Below are positions 41,701 through 54,380 of a stretch of 64,000 bases of DNA, piece after piece. The DNA comes from Lytechinus pictus (taxonomy: Eukaryota). How positions within the stretch are numbered: the stretch's first letter is position 1; each line of letters opens with the position of its first letter. The DNA is taken from contig NC_087246.1 in the NCBI RefSeq assembly GCF_037042905.1, forward strand, positions 434,001 to 498,000. Direction: 5' to 3'. The notes under the pieces are model-generated. The model had not been told where the DNA came from. It saw nothing but the letters and a program-made list of their open reading frames with translations, and did no database searches. Made by a program: the position numbers and the translations under genes.

Positions 41701-42469
41701 ATTTAAAAGCTTAAAGTGAAAATGGGGACAAAAACGAGAAAAGAATTTCAGGAGAATAATCACATTGCATCTTTTCTTTACTTTTCGTTCTGTATCTCTT
41801 CATCAAGAAAAAATAAATTGTTTTGATAACCTTTGACACCTAACAACATTACAACTCCATGTTTAGACATTTTGATGTAAGCTTGTGTGTCCAATCACTG
41901 CATTGCATGGGATTTAGGTTTTTCAAGGAATATATTTATATATTTTTTTTCTTTATGTTCCATGTTATTTCTTTGCCAGAAATATTACCAAACAAGGGTA
42001 ATTATGCATCGAGAAAGCATGTTTGAGATATCAATGTAAAAGCATCAACCTCGAAACTACTCAATTTCTTTGTGATTGTCATGATTGTCATCACAAGAAA
42101 AATAATAAGATGCTTTATTCCAGCAGGTAAATAGACAGAATCATTAAGTTGTTTTGTTATGAGCAGACTTTTCTGTAGATTATATCCAAGGTAATGATTA
42201 AATCCTGACATATCAGATCATACTAATACCAATTAGAAGCAAATAGTCATGCACATACATGGGCATGAACTTGCCTTAAAATTTGGAAACATCATATTTT
42301 ACTAAAAAGCGAAAGTCATCATGAAAATGAACGATATAAAGATAATCCGAGGAGGAGGAGCAAAACAGGCGACGGAAAAGGCGATGATAGTGGTGATGAT
42401 GACTATGAAAGTGATGATGATGACGATGTTAAAAATGTTAATGGTTCCTGTGTTACAAATATTTTAATG

Positions 42470-42646
42470 ACTCCACTTTTGCATGCCTTTCTGTGTTCTA
42501 ATATGTATGATTTATATAATGTTTTTACTTTGTATATTTTTATCACTTGTATATACATGTTTTGTTTTTATGCTTTTAGAGCCCCTTTTGATACCAGCTT
42601 TGCTTAAAGGGCATCCTATTGAAATATTGTTTAATACATAAATAAA
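42470..42646 (+). mobile_element. LINE 3' UTR remnant running into a (GAT)n tract
   Basis: T-rich UTR, stem-loop gcccc..accagctttgctt..gggc (42579-42617), aataaa, then (atg)n. Confidence 0.45.
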
Positions 42647-42825
42647 TGACTATGATGGTGATGATGACTATGATGATAATGATGACTATGATGATGATGA
42701 TCGTGGTGGTGGTGGTGATGATGATGATGATGAGGAGGAGGATGATGAGGAGGATGATGATGATGATGATGATGAATATGATGTTGATGACGATGATGAT
42801 TATTATGATGATGATGATGATGATT
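42646..42825. repeat. Long imperfect (GAT)n microsatellite
   Basis: Directly visible; source of the poly-M and poly-I ORFs. Confidence 0.95.
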
Positions 42826-42978
42826 ATATGGCGGTATGTCACGTTATTTTTTTTATCGGTGGTATGGTCTAAAATTGCCAAGAACAGTCTTAGTTTTGGC
42901 ATATAAGTTCTTTAACAGAGACTGTATTGTGAGGCCATTCTATCTTTAAAATGCGACGGAATGCCGGCTTTGCGCACG

Positions 42979-43160
42979 GCGCGTGTGTGCGAGGGTTGTG
43001 TATTTGAGTTTTTCAGACGTGCATCAATCAGATATGATTATTTACGTCTGGAACCCACCTTTAACGTCACCATCCGAAAGATGTGACCAGGGCTCGAACC
43101 TCTGCATCAATTTGTAACTTCCCCACAGCTTGGATTACAGGCGCACGCCACAATGACTTA
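42979..43160 (-). mobile_element. Candidate 7SL-RNA-headed SINE with B box, Deu/Nin-like core and decayed (CA)n tail
   Basis: Minus strand: gtggcgtgcgcctgtaatccaagct (43151-43127, 7SL Alu-domain-like), ggttcgagcc (43100-43091), tctttcggatggtgacgttaaa (43081-43060), then ..actcaaatacacaaccctcgcacacacgcgc. Confidence 0.75.
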
Positions 43161-43344
43161 AGACCATACATATATTTTGACCCGATTAAAATGAATGCCA
43201 TGTTTGCATTAAAAGTTGTTTTCTGGCGAAAACAGTCATTTTTGGAAGAAAAATGAACAAAGTCTTCATTTAGTTGATCTATGTGTATGGATAAAATAAG
43301 AAAATAAATATTTAGGCCTTATATCAAAATTGTCGATATGATTA

Positions 43345-44688
43345 GACGTGTTGTGGATCAGTCTTTGGACTTTCAACCATAAGGTCCGGGGTTCGAATCC
43401 CGCTATGGCACTCGCATCCATTGGCAAGATCTTTATCTCCGACAAGATGAACAGTACGCTTCGAAAACATTGTATTAAGCGCTTATATAAATATTCAGTG
43501 GCGTACCGTGGGTCACGGCATTGGGAGGGGGGGGGGGCACCAGCAACAATTTTGAGTCATTTAGTGAGCTCGCAAAGCGCGCTGTTACCAGGTATACTGA
43601 CCTAATAGAGACATTTTAAGGACAGTGCCATTAAACGAATATGTATCTCACTAATCAAATAATGTGAGCGCGAAGCGCGAGCTGAAAATTTTTGATATGT
43701 CAGACACAAGAAGGGACATTATAAGCAAATATTTGTAATCATGATCCGTACCTGTCTCGCTAAACAAACAATGCGAGAGCTGAAATTTTTGTATATATTG
43801 ACCCCACAGGGACATTTTAAGGACTATGTTTTAGGAATCCATTAAAAGTATACATATCTCACCATAGTCATCTATTGCGAGTGCCATGTGCTTGCTGATT
43901 TTGTTAGAATTACATCTAAACACATGAAGCAATTGTAATCGTGATTAACAAACGCATCTCACTAATCAAATATTGCGAGCGCGAATTTTATGAAATTCAG
44001 ACCTGAAGAGGGGCATTTTAAGGCTTGTTTGTAGGAATTCACGAAGACCATACGTATTTCCCCAATCAAATGATGCGAGCGCGAAGCGCGAGCTGAAATT
44101 TTTTTATATTCAGATCAGAAAAAGGGACATTTTAAGGACTGATTTTAGGAATTCATGAAGAGCAGTCATATCTCACCAATCCACTAATGCGAACGTAAGC
44201 ACGGACAGGAAATGTTTTATATTAAGACCTTAAAATGGGGCAATCACTTTAAGTAGTCGTGAAAAAGAAGTAAATGTCACTACATAAAACAATAATAACT
44301 AGAAGTGCGAGGAAATATATTTGGTGTATATTGACTTGAAAACGGGAGGTTTTACTACAATTATATAACATGATTATATATCTCGTTAAACAGACAATGT
44401 GAGCACCAGGAACAATGGAGACATAGGCAATGAGCAAATAATGTTTCATAAAGTTATGAAACAAATATTTATTATGTTATATAACATAATTATTATATAA
44501 TATAACATTATAATGAGCAATAATTTCTTCTTTCCCACTACGTTTCTCTTCCTTTCTTCCTCTTTTTCTCCTATTCCCCGTTTTTTTTTTTTTTGGCCAG
44601 CCGATTGGGGGGCACGTGCCCCCCCATGCCCCCCCGTAGTTACGCCACTGTAAATATTGCATATTATTATTAGTAGTAGTAGTATTAT
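43345..44688 (+). mobile_element. Old, internally deleted tRNA-derived SINE whose tail is split by a MITE
   Basis: B box ggttcgaatcc, ctttca loop and CORE-like ccattggcaagatctttatc; tail aagcgcttatataaatatt[MITE]gcatattattattagtagtag. Confidence 0.7.
43496..44650. mobile_element. hAT-like non-autonomous transposon, 1155 bp, with ~100-110-bp internal subrepeats
   Basis: TIR cagtggcgta / tacgccactg; perfect 8-bp TSD taaatatt (43488-43495 and 44651-44658); periodic gcgagcgcgaagcgcgagc. Confidence 0.95.
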
Positions 44689-46763
44689 AAAATATCATAA
44701 ATATCGATCGTTTATTACATACACATATATTGATCCAAACAGAGGCCTAAACATACAAAGAAGTATAGCGCAAACGAGAAAATCTTGTTTGAACTTTGAA
44801 AAACTTTTATGAATGCACAACTCATCTTAAACACAGAATACTATACGATCTTAGGATTCAAGAAGGGTATTCGTCATCAAAACATCTGGAACAAAAACTG
44901 ACATAGCAATTCTTTATTACGTGTATCGAAACTAAGAGCCAAATTGAAGTAATGGAAATCGGTTTCTCTTTGCACAGAAGTTTATGATTGGTCGAGAGTA
45001 CGACGCGTTCGCTCATTTTGATATAGAACGTCTCTCTCATTCTCTTTCCCTGGATTTGTAGATGGAGAAAGACGGCTCTTCGCAAATTAGACAATACTTT
45101 GCACTTTTCTGACTTTTCGAATGAAACAAAACCAAGCGAACATTGACCTGGGAGGTCGGTAAGAGTGCACATGTCTTGTCATTGTTACAGACTGAAAAAA
45201 GGATTTAAATATCAACCTGACCAACTGTCAACCGACTTCAAGTTTAAGAGTTGAGGCGTACTATACTCCATATACTCGAGCCTCCTGCGACTGCCTATAC
45301 AAGAGTAAAAAAAAATGAATTAGAGTCGTTACGTATAGCTTTGCTGTAATCACGATCAAGTATGACAAGGTCCTTTATGGTAATTTCAAATGTCGTATCT
45401 TATATGGTAAAAAACACACACTATGATATCTAACCTTTCGGGAAGTTAGATTCGATTAGGTCATGATCATGTTAGTTACACTTTTACTCTTCATCTCCTT
45501 TTTTTAAATCTTTCTTATAAAACATTTTATTCTTGTCTTTTCTTATGGCAAATCAAAAACACAAGTTAAATCACATAATTTGAAAAACCTATTGAGTTAT
45601 GTTAGAATTTCACGCAGATTTTAAGAATTAGAACTCCGCGAGAGAAAACAAACTCGATTTACTTCTTATTTCCGTGAAAGTGCAAACTGAAATCATAATG
45701 GCATGCAATTCAGCTTTAATGGTAATGTAAATTCTTCTGTTTTTCTCCATCTAAATGTTTTATTCTAAAACTTCGATCTAAAAATGAGAGATTGGTGTAT
45801 TTTTCCGCTAGACTTTAGTTGTAAAGATATATTACAACAGTTTGAATTAGATCATAATGGTACAAGACGTTTTATCCTACTGCTTTTGAGCTTTGAAATA
45901 TCAATGTATTTTCTGAATCATATCGCCGTTTATGCTTTTAGGAAATTTCCTTCGTTGATTATAATGACTTCCCAAACAAAACATCATTTAAAATTATCAA
46001 TAGGGATCTATATATTTCATGTATTTCCTGATATTTCATCTCACATATTTAATCATTTTATGTTATTTTTTAATCTGACGGCTTTCTCCGTCTATCAACA
46101 TGATCGTTCCATTGAATTATTTTTATTTTCCCCTCTGTTAATGGTTGTGAAGTATAACTACTTGGTTTATCTACCATTGGCCTTTGCATGCATCCAATTA
46201 TTTATAGTTTATACAAAATAACAGGGGTATAGCATGATATTACTATGCATTCAGCATCACCTTTATTTTCGAGGGGCGATCTCCTATCTCGCTATTATTT
46301 GAAGTCTTTGTGACACATTGTTATTTTCATATACAGTTTATGTTCACAACATTATGCTAGTAATTACCTAGAGTAAAAGAGGGATGAAACAAATCTTTTT
46401 GATTATTCAGTTTCGGTGTCGCCGACAAAGTGATGATTTTACCATCTAGCCTAGAATCTATAGTTATTTATTTTACATTGCCTATGTGACAGAATCTTAT
46501 TATAGATAGGTAATGGGGCTAATTTCTCTGTGAGAAAAATACACCAAAACATATTTTATTTTGTGTATATTTTTGTGACACAGTTGATGAAAGCTGTTAA
46601 CTTGAGAGATCAACGAAACGCAGATTACCACACGTTTTCGACGTCATTATATATCATATCATTTCCTGTCACAATGTCAAATGTCAATTTATACATGTAA
46701 AAACTAAATTACTATGGTAACTTTGTAATAGTATGCTACCCCCCCCCCCCCCGGTCTACCGCG

Positions 46764-47868
46764 TTAAAAGGACAAGTTCACCTCAACAGAATGTTGATTT
46801 GAATAAAAAGAGAAAATCCAACAAGCATAACACTGAAAATTTCATCAAAATCGGTTGTAAAATAAGAATGTTATGACATTTCGAAGTTTTGCTTAATTTC
46901 ACAAAACAGTTATATGCACATCCTGCTCAGTATATATGAAAATGAGGAGACTGATGATGTCATCAATCACTATTTCTCTTTTATCTTATTATATGAAATA
47001 TTCTAATTTTATCCTCATTGTCAAGTGAAACAATAATTAATTCCTCCCTGAACCTGGAAATTCGCATTGTTTAAAACTGTATTATATTCAAATTCAAATT
47101 GTTTTATTCTCTCAGTAAAACTTTACATAAAAACAAATATAATACAAAGTTAAAATACATGTATTACAAATCGGTGTAAAAGACAGTCTAAAAATTGCAT
47201 TATGGTTCAGAATCATACTGGGGGGTAGCAGCCAAAAAGGAAAAAAATCCTTATAATTAGGCCGACCCATTATTAAAACGAAAAGGTGACATAGAAAATG
47301 CAATAACAGGGATATAGCAAAAACATTTCTAAAAACAAACAAAATAACTTAAAAATGCACATAAACAATGAATTAAGATATCTAAAAGTGCCATGCCCTA
47401 ACATAATATTACAATCATTATAATAATACAAGTGCAATACATAATTCATACATCATTCAGCCACTGTATTTCTCAAGAAGGTATCTTTTGAACTTTGTTT
47501 TGAATAAATTAAGTGTTTTTGCATTACGTATTTCATCTGTTAGTGAATTCCAAACTACAGAAATTATGGACTACAGGTCAATATGGTTCAGTCAAGGTGG
47601 TCCTTATTGTAAAATATGTAAAAAAATGAAATACTCTATAATTCAAACAATAAAAAACAAAAGAAATAGTGAGTGAGTGATATCATCGACTGTCTCATTT
47701 GCATGTCACTGAGTTGTGCATATCACTGTTTTGTGAAAAGTAAGCGAAACTTTAAAATGTCATAACTTTCTTATTTTACATCGGATTTTGATGAAATTTT
47801 CAGCGTGAAGCTAGTTTGATTTTTCTCTTTTTATTCAAATCAACATTTTCTGGGGTGACTTGACCTAA
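46764..47868. mobile_element. TTAA-type MITE family 1 copy carrying a LINE insertion
   Basis: Colinear with 8292-8837 and 54597-55205 apart from ~490 bp at 47088-47580. Confidence 0.9.
47088..47580 (-). mobile_element. 5'-truncated CR1/L2-type LINE 3' end
   Basis: Minus frame 47555-47457 reads VWNSLTDEIRNAKTLNLFKTKFKRYLLEKYSG*, a typical ORF2 C-terminus. UTR stem-loop at 47221-47268; tail aataaaacaatttgaatttgaa. Confidence 0.85.
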
Positions 47869-48242
47869 ATAGAAACCAACAAAAATCATGGTTACCATCG
47901 CCCATAAGGACAAAGTTACCAGTAGCAATAAGTTTGTTATATAGAGACACACAAATATAAAAGACGAAGGTCACTGCACCTCAGCAAAGAATGTTGGTTG
48001 ATAGGAACAACGTAAATTTGTATAATAACCCTTTAACAACATTGAAACAACCGCAAACGGAACTTAATGTGTGCAGCTAAACATGATAGATATAAATGTG
48101 TCAAAATATTTGTTAATGTTCCCAAACGAATGTTCTCATAAGCGTTCCGAAAACAGCATTGAGAACCTATGACTCATCATCGCTATCATTCATACTCACT
48201 GTTTTGTGTGTAATAATGTAGTTGAGGTCAAGAATATTCATG

Positions 48243-48511
48243 GGGCCCCGTCTTACAAAGAGTTACGATTGATCCAATCAATCATAACTCTATGGAAATC
48301 CATCAGTGTCATATTTTTTTCCAAAGGAAATTTGCACAGTGTCCTTTGTAAACAAAGAGAAGCACAGGGAATTTTAAAGAAAACACTGACTGCATGAATA
48401 TACATCATAGATAGAAAATATTTTGAACAAACATGCATAATAGATGTTGACCTTGCTGGCCGTCCATAGTTGCGACTGATCAGATCAATCGCAACTTTGT
48501 AAGACGGGCCC
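48243..48511. mobile_element. PIF/Harbinger-like MITE
   Basis: TIR gggccccgtcttacaaagagttacgattgatc / gatcaatcgcaactttgtaagacgggccc; 3-bp flanks atg / ctg. Confidence 0.85.
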
Positions 48512-48664
48512 CTGGTATCTTTTCGTATTCATTAAAACGCGGGAGGGGAGGGGCTCAATTAAAGCTCAAATCAATTTTAAGACGTGTGTCCTATCACGTT
48601 TCATACAATTATTTCAATCTCACTCAAAATTGATTTTATGGAACTATAAAACATATAAGAATTA

Positions 48665-49307
48665 CTACGCAAGCCGTACGAACGATTTTTTTAAATATCG
48701 TTTCGTAAGATTTTCTAAAGAACACTGTTCGAAATCAGCGTTCGCACACCGTTCGCATAGACCGTTGGTAAGTTTGGTTACAGCATAGTCGATGGTCGTG
48801 TTTGCTATCTTTTAACGTCGTACGAAAAATTATTTTCGTAATGCGGCCGTACGCACGTTGTAAGAACATCGTAACAGCAACGCAATATTTTGTAGGTTCG
48901 AGAGACAATTCAAGAAGCCTTTAATTCTTACAACGATCGTTAGAACATCTGTATGCTATATACGGTCAGAAATACCTTTACGATCACCGTTTGAACCATT
49001 TCATACCATATATTGCTCTGTACAACAATTGTCAATAAGGGGATTGTAAAGGTATTTGTGACCGTAGCATAGAACACCTTGCACACATAACAAAGGTTCG
49101 TACGGAGCTTTTACGAACGACTCTTGGCCACTGTAAGGCGTGAGTAAGGGACTCGTAATGCGTAGGTACGAATGACTTGAGATTACCGTGAATTGCACGA
49201 ATGACCATGTTGCGACAACTGAAATCGAAAGATTGCCGTAAGTCTAAGAAAAGAATTACCCGAGGCATTCTTACGAAAAACATAAGAATATCTGTACTGC
49301 CATAGCC
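48665..49307. mobile_element. Degenerate foldback-like element rich in cgta/tacg motifs
   Basis: Imperfect inverted ends (tttcgtaaga / tcttacgaaa) and a dense scatter of tacg/cgta motifs. Confidence 0.45.
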
Positions 49308-51353
49308 CTTTCTATCATACCTTTCTCTGTACAAGTTATTAACTTGATCTCCTCTTTACTATATCTGTATAGTTTTCTTTAGACATAACCCTAATATTGA
49401 TTGAACAGCGGTAATCTATTTTCTTTCCTGGATGAAATCTAAAAACCCTTTTTCAGGAATTGATGATTTTCATCATTTAAAAAAAATCAAGTATACACAG
49501 TTAGTTTGCTTTTGCTATTAAGTAAAATAATCACAGATTTCTCTATTCTAATTCAAAAAGACTTCCTTTTTTTTTTTTACTTTGATGGTCCGATTTAATT
49601 AGGTTAGAAGCTAAATTTACTAGTTCAAAGGCTGCAAACTAGTACCTGGCTCTAAATCTGTTTCTAATTTATTTTCTTTACGGCTTCCACATGTGATGAT
49701 TATTAATGAGTTTCGTTTGGTTTCTAGGTTAATGCCTACTAGTATTTATCTTATTGGAGTAAATGGGGCTTCTGGACTCATCCCACTATGGACACAATTA
49801 CAATTTTAAAAGTTGTTCTTCTATTCATAGAAAGAAAAATCGTAAACCTTATAACAATGGAGGGAGGATGTTTTAATAATCATTTGAGGCGTTTTATATA
49901 TATTTTTGACAAATTCTGAAGAATCAATACATATGTTTTATTCATCCTTTATTCAAGCCATTGCTTAACATGTTTAATGAAGGATTTTAAACTTCAATTC
50001 GGTTTGACTTACATAATTCCTTTTGAGTAAAAGTTCTTTTAAAGCTATTCTATGATTACGGGGAAAATTATTTCACAAATACCACATAACATAACATAAG
50101 ATAAACCTTATCTATTATACATGATTTCCTCTGATTTCATTAACCCTTCTATTGCCTAGTTTTTCAAAACTGATATAGTGTGTTTTTCTTATTGATATTT
50201 ACCACAGTTTTCATATTTATTTTTATATTCTTATATAATGTGCCATTGAATAGGCAACTAGACAATCGGAGCCTTATAAATGCTATAGATTTTTATTATT
50301 ACTTCATATTCATATTACATGTACAACGAAATCATTAAATTACATTGAACTTACTTGTATTTTCAACAATCAACACACTTTTTCCTTCCCCATGTTCCCC
50401 CTTATTGAGTCAACTAAGTCTCTTTTGCTTTTTGGCTTTCACATCGAGTGTTCACGAGTGGTTTACTGTCATGATATTATACAACATCTTTGGCAACTCT
50501 GTTTTTATATTGTAAGCATAAATGCAAGCACACAACTATAACTATATACAATATATTCATTTTTTTCTACATATTTATGCTTGCTCTCTTTACCCTTACA
50601 ATCGCTATTCTGCGTTATTTCATTTTGTTCTCAATCCCATTATCTACAGGGAATGGAGTTGCATCGTTATTCAAAACAGGGCAGTAAAAGGCAATCTAAA
50701 AATCTCATCTGATAGTAATGAAGGAACCATCTCAATATAGATGGAGAAAACTCACTACCAAAGGACGAGACAAGACAGATATCCCAATAATACATCTTCA
50801 TTTCCATCTGGCAGCGTAGCCCCATTATTTAACTAAGTTGTCAATTTTGGAGATAGAGAGGGGCCCCGCGTAAGAAAATTAAAGAATGATTTGGTTATGC
50901 CACTGGCCAATTTGTGGTATAAATGGGGTTTGATTTTCTCTCATATTTCTTGCAGTAGTGTGTGGTTTGGTCGAGTAAGACTGGCAGCTGTCATACACAT
51001 TGAAGATGTATGACTTACACGTTAGACTGTTGCAAACCACTCTCCTTGATATTTCGATTTCAAACTTCAATAGGTAAAATAGGCTTAAAAGTATGAAGTA
51101 AAAGATATTGGCTGGGCGGGAAATCACCAATACGGATCTACCTTCAGTGTATATTCGAAATTGAAATACGGTAGCGTATAATATTTTGGCGATACAATAA
51201 AAATATAATCAGATCAATCTTCTTACAAAAGAGACGTGAAAGGGAAGAGTGATAAATAGGGAGGTAGAAAGAGAAAGAAAGAGAGAGAGGGAAGGGAGAG
51301 GGGAGATAGGGATGTAAATGGTGCCTAATACGGTAGACGGCGAGATGATAAAT

Positions 51354-51555
51354 TTCAGCAAGAAATTTATCCACACTGTGCTGCGCTCAACCCAGGTGAT
51401 GTAGATGGGTACCGGCAGGAAATAATTCCTCAAAAAGCTGTGTGCACCTGAATCGGTAACCTAGCTTAGCCGGGGTAATGATAATAGCAGGGCCGCTGGA
51501 CGAACAGTTTTCGGAACTATACCCTGGGTAAATATTCCGTTATTATTATTATTAT
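51354..51555 (+). mobile_element. 5'-truncated copy of the CORE-like SINE with tail type B
   Basis: Matches ~4027-4150, then the tail of the 7234-7435 copy with a small deletion; ends in (tta)n. Confidence 0.9.
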
Positions 51556-51893
51556 GAAGAGAGAGAAAAAGTAACACGAAAAGCTTTGATATTGCGACTT
51601 TTTGCTATCTCGGATTCCGCACCCCCATCTCCCCCTCCCCTCCTCTTGATGTATCTCTTTCGTTGTCCCCCTCTCTCTCCCTCTCTTCACCTTCCTCTTA
51701 TTCAATTCGAAGTGACATGAACTATCCACAACACGCTGAATCATAAGTATTTGAAACAAACACAAAATTGCTCGACCAAGTGAAGGAAAAAACATGAAAT
51801 ATTACCAAATCAAGGTTATCCAGAAAAGGACTAGAAAAAGAAAGAAGAGGTCTGGTTTGTGAATGTTTTAAGAAGGGCATGTTAGCTACTCAC

Positions 51894-52018
51894 TCAGCCG
51901 AGAACGAGGAGGAGCGACCGGCAAGATGCGATGTTCATGCCCCGACGCCTCGGCGGCGACGAGTTTGCTCTGTGCGACCGACCATCTCCCGTTCCAGTTC
52001 CCGAAAGGAAAATGCACA
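51894..52018 (-). other. Candidate spliced exon (125 nt; UTR, lncRNA or unknown coding)
   Basis: CpG-rich block bounded on the minus strand by the acceptor tttatgtgttttttcag and the donor gtgagt. One frame is open but gives no recognisable protein. Confidence 0.3.
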
Positions 52019-53545
52019 CTGAAAAAACACATAAATGCCTTGAATTAAGTATTTGTGCATGTTCTGTCACACATACCTTCTATTCCCTCTTCAATGCCAC
52101 ATCTTATGGCAAATTTTCATAATCACTTTTTCAGTGATCTCAGTGATTTTTTTTTAATAGATTTTTGCCATCATCGACAAAATAATATTTCCATTTACCA
52201 TTCGTACCTGTTACTAAAATTTGTTTTTATCAGAAGAGATAAATACATATGACCTGATATAAAATGAAAGAGAAAATATTTAGTGTTATCATATTTCTAT
52301 AACTTTTTTTTAGATTTATAATTTAGACGTTTATAATGAAAAGTATTTTACTTTAAAATGAATTAAATCTATAGATTGTCTTTTTTTCAGGAGTGTGCAC
52401 TAAATAATTATATTTAAATGATATTTGAGTATAAATTCCATGAAAATAAAAGTAAAATAAAGTTTAAAAAATGTATATTAAAGAAGAAAGAAACGGTTTC
52501 ACGGGGATCCTGATAATAATTCGATTCATGGTTCGTTTTTGACCTAGACTGTGGCTTACTATACCTTCAGTTGATACTCTCATCATTATAGAGCTCACTT
52601 TCTTGGTTTCATTCAGTCTTTTGTTAGTCTGACATTCTCTATACTGTTCGTCATTCTAATTATATCATGGATTTCTGTTCAGTCAGTTATCTAAAACCAC
52701 TGTGCTTCCATCCTAGACTCCGAACAACAAAAGACTAACACAGACGATGGTAAGATGAGATGGCGCCCTACACAATACACACTCCATAGAAAAAACAGAG
52801 AGAGAGAGAGAGAAAGGGAGACGGAAAGAATTTTAGGCTTGGAAAAGAAAGACGGAGGAAGAAAAGAGCGCCAAGATTTCCGCCAGAAATTCGATCTAAT
52901 GTCTCACATGGCAGGCGACATGCAACACAAAAACTACGCCAACTCAAATCTGCCTAAGTCGCGTTGATTTCTGAGCAACGGGGTAACACATCGCTGTCGG
53001 GCAGGCTTGGCCAAGGAGAAGGGGCGAAACAGAAGAACCGACAAGACTATTGTCAGAAAAGTCTCACAAAGAAGTCAAGAAAAAATAAAAATAACCCCCT
53101 TACCTCCCTCAAATGAGACATTTTTTTTTGTTTCCTTGGGTCGAAATTTCTCTAAAAATGAGAAAGAAGGGAATGTGATCAGCCTCCTCTCCCAATTCTT
53201 TTGAATCTTTTTCTTGCATTCCGTCTGATATGGTGTCGTCTACAAGGCAAGGTGGTCTTGTACTGGCGGCATGCATGATGACGTTTAATAGGCGCCAGGG
53301 TTACTACAAAACGAGGGTCGAATGTGTTGGGTTTTGGTACACTCCTTGAAGTAACAAAATGTAGACACATAACAATCACAAAAGTGGCAAAGAAATATGT
53401 GTGAAGGGGCTAGGATACCTACGATTTGACATTAATTTCAATGTGTGTATATAAGATAATCAAGTTGAAACGTTACTAATTAAATTCGATGTAAAGCACG
53501 TTAGCATATATGACTGAAACGTAGAGCTATGAAGAGATATGAGAA

Positions 53546-54119
53546 CAGGCGCACCGGGACCGTCTAATGGGAGGAGGCAAAAATTATGGAGGGGGGGGGG
53601 GCGCAATTCTGAGACAGTGTGTGATCTTCAGAAATGGTTGTTGGGCGATACCCTTCTCCCAAGATAGGGACTTTGTGTAAAAATTGAGGACCAAAGACGC
53701 GTTCAAAACAACTTACTCTGGAATTAAACATACTTAAAAGTCACTGCGATTAGATAGGTATAAAAATGGTGCAAACGACTTAAATCATAACTTATCAAAA
53801 CTAATGCTTTTAATTATTTAACGCAAAATAATGTAAACAGGCGCTGGCAGGGGTATGGACAATATGATGGAAGGAGCAATACGAGAATGGGTACTTACTC
53901 TTCTGATACTAAATTGGTTGATACTAAATTGGTTGTAAGTGTAAGTGCCCCGTAGGGGACCAAAATTTCTTATTTTTAATTTTATGAAATTGACAATTTT
54001 TTAGACTAGAAAAGTACCTACATTGTTTATTTTTGTCTTTAAATGATTAATTACTATTATTATTATTAGTTTTATAGGGGAACATGGAGGTAAATGCCCC
54101 ATCTGCACCGGTGCCCTTG
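53546..54119. mobile_element. Older hAT-like MITE
   Basis: caggcgcaccgg / ccggtgcccttg ends; flanks tatgagaa / gatcagaa (6/8); subterminal G tract. Confidence 0.55.
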
Positions 54120-54380
54120 GATCAGAAATATCTATTTTTCATCTGAGAAACGGTGCCCCTAAAATGGGGATGTGTGAGGGTGTGTGTGTGTTTTTTTTTA
54201 TATTAAAGTATAAAAGTATTTTTAAGGCATTTCATTCCATCCTTATTTGCTTCAGTTTTAGGAAAATGTTTTTGCATATTCTTGTTGATATAAATTAAGA
54301 TTTGCAATTCTATTTGTATTTATCTTGAAATTATGTAATCATTTGAATGAAATCCTTAATAAAAACATGTTTAAAAAAAG

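Noticed and set aside
42576..42906. Poly-Met and poly-Ile ORFs
   Set aside because: (GAT)n microsatellite translation.
43127..43151. Human Alu contamination or a genuine 7SL gene
   Set aside because: Similarity stops after ~25-30 nt. There is no S domain or Alu body, and the sequence continues into a non-primate SINE core.
45784..46221. 145-aa hydrophobic ORF (likewise the 161-aa ORF at 55397-55882)
   Set aside because: The composition is that of AT-rich non-coding DNA, with no motif or splice support.
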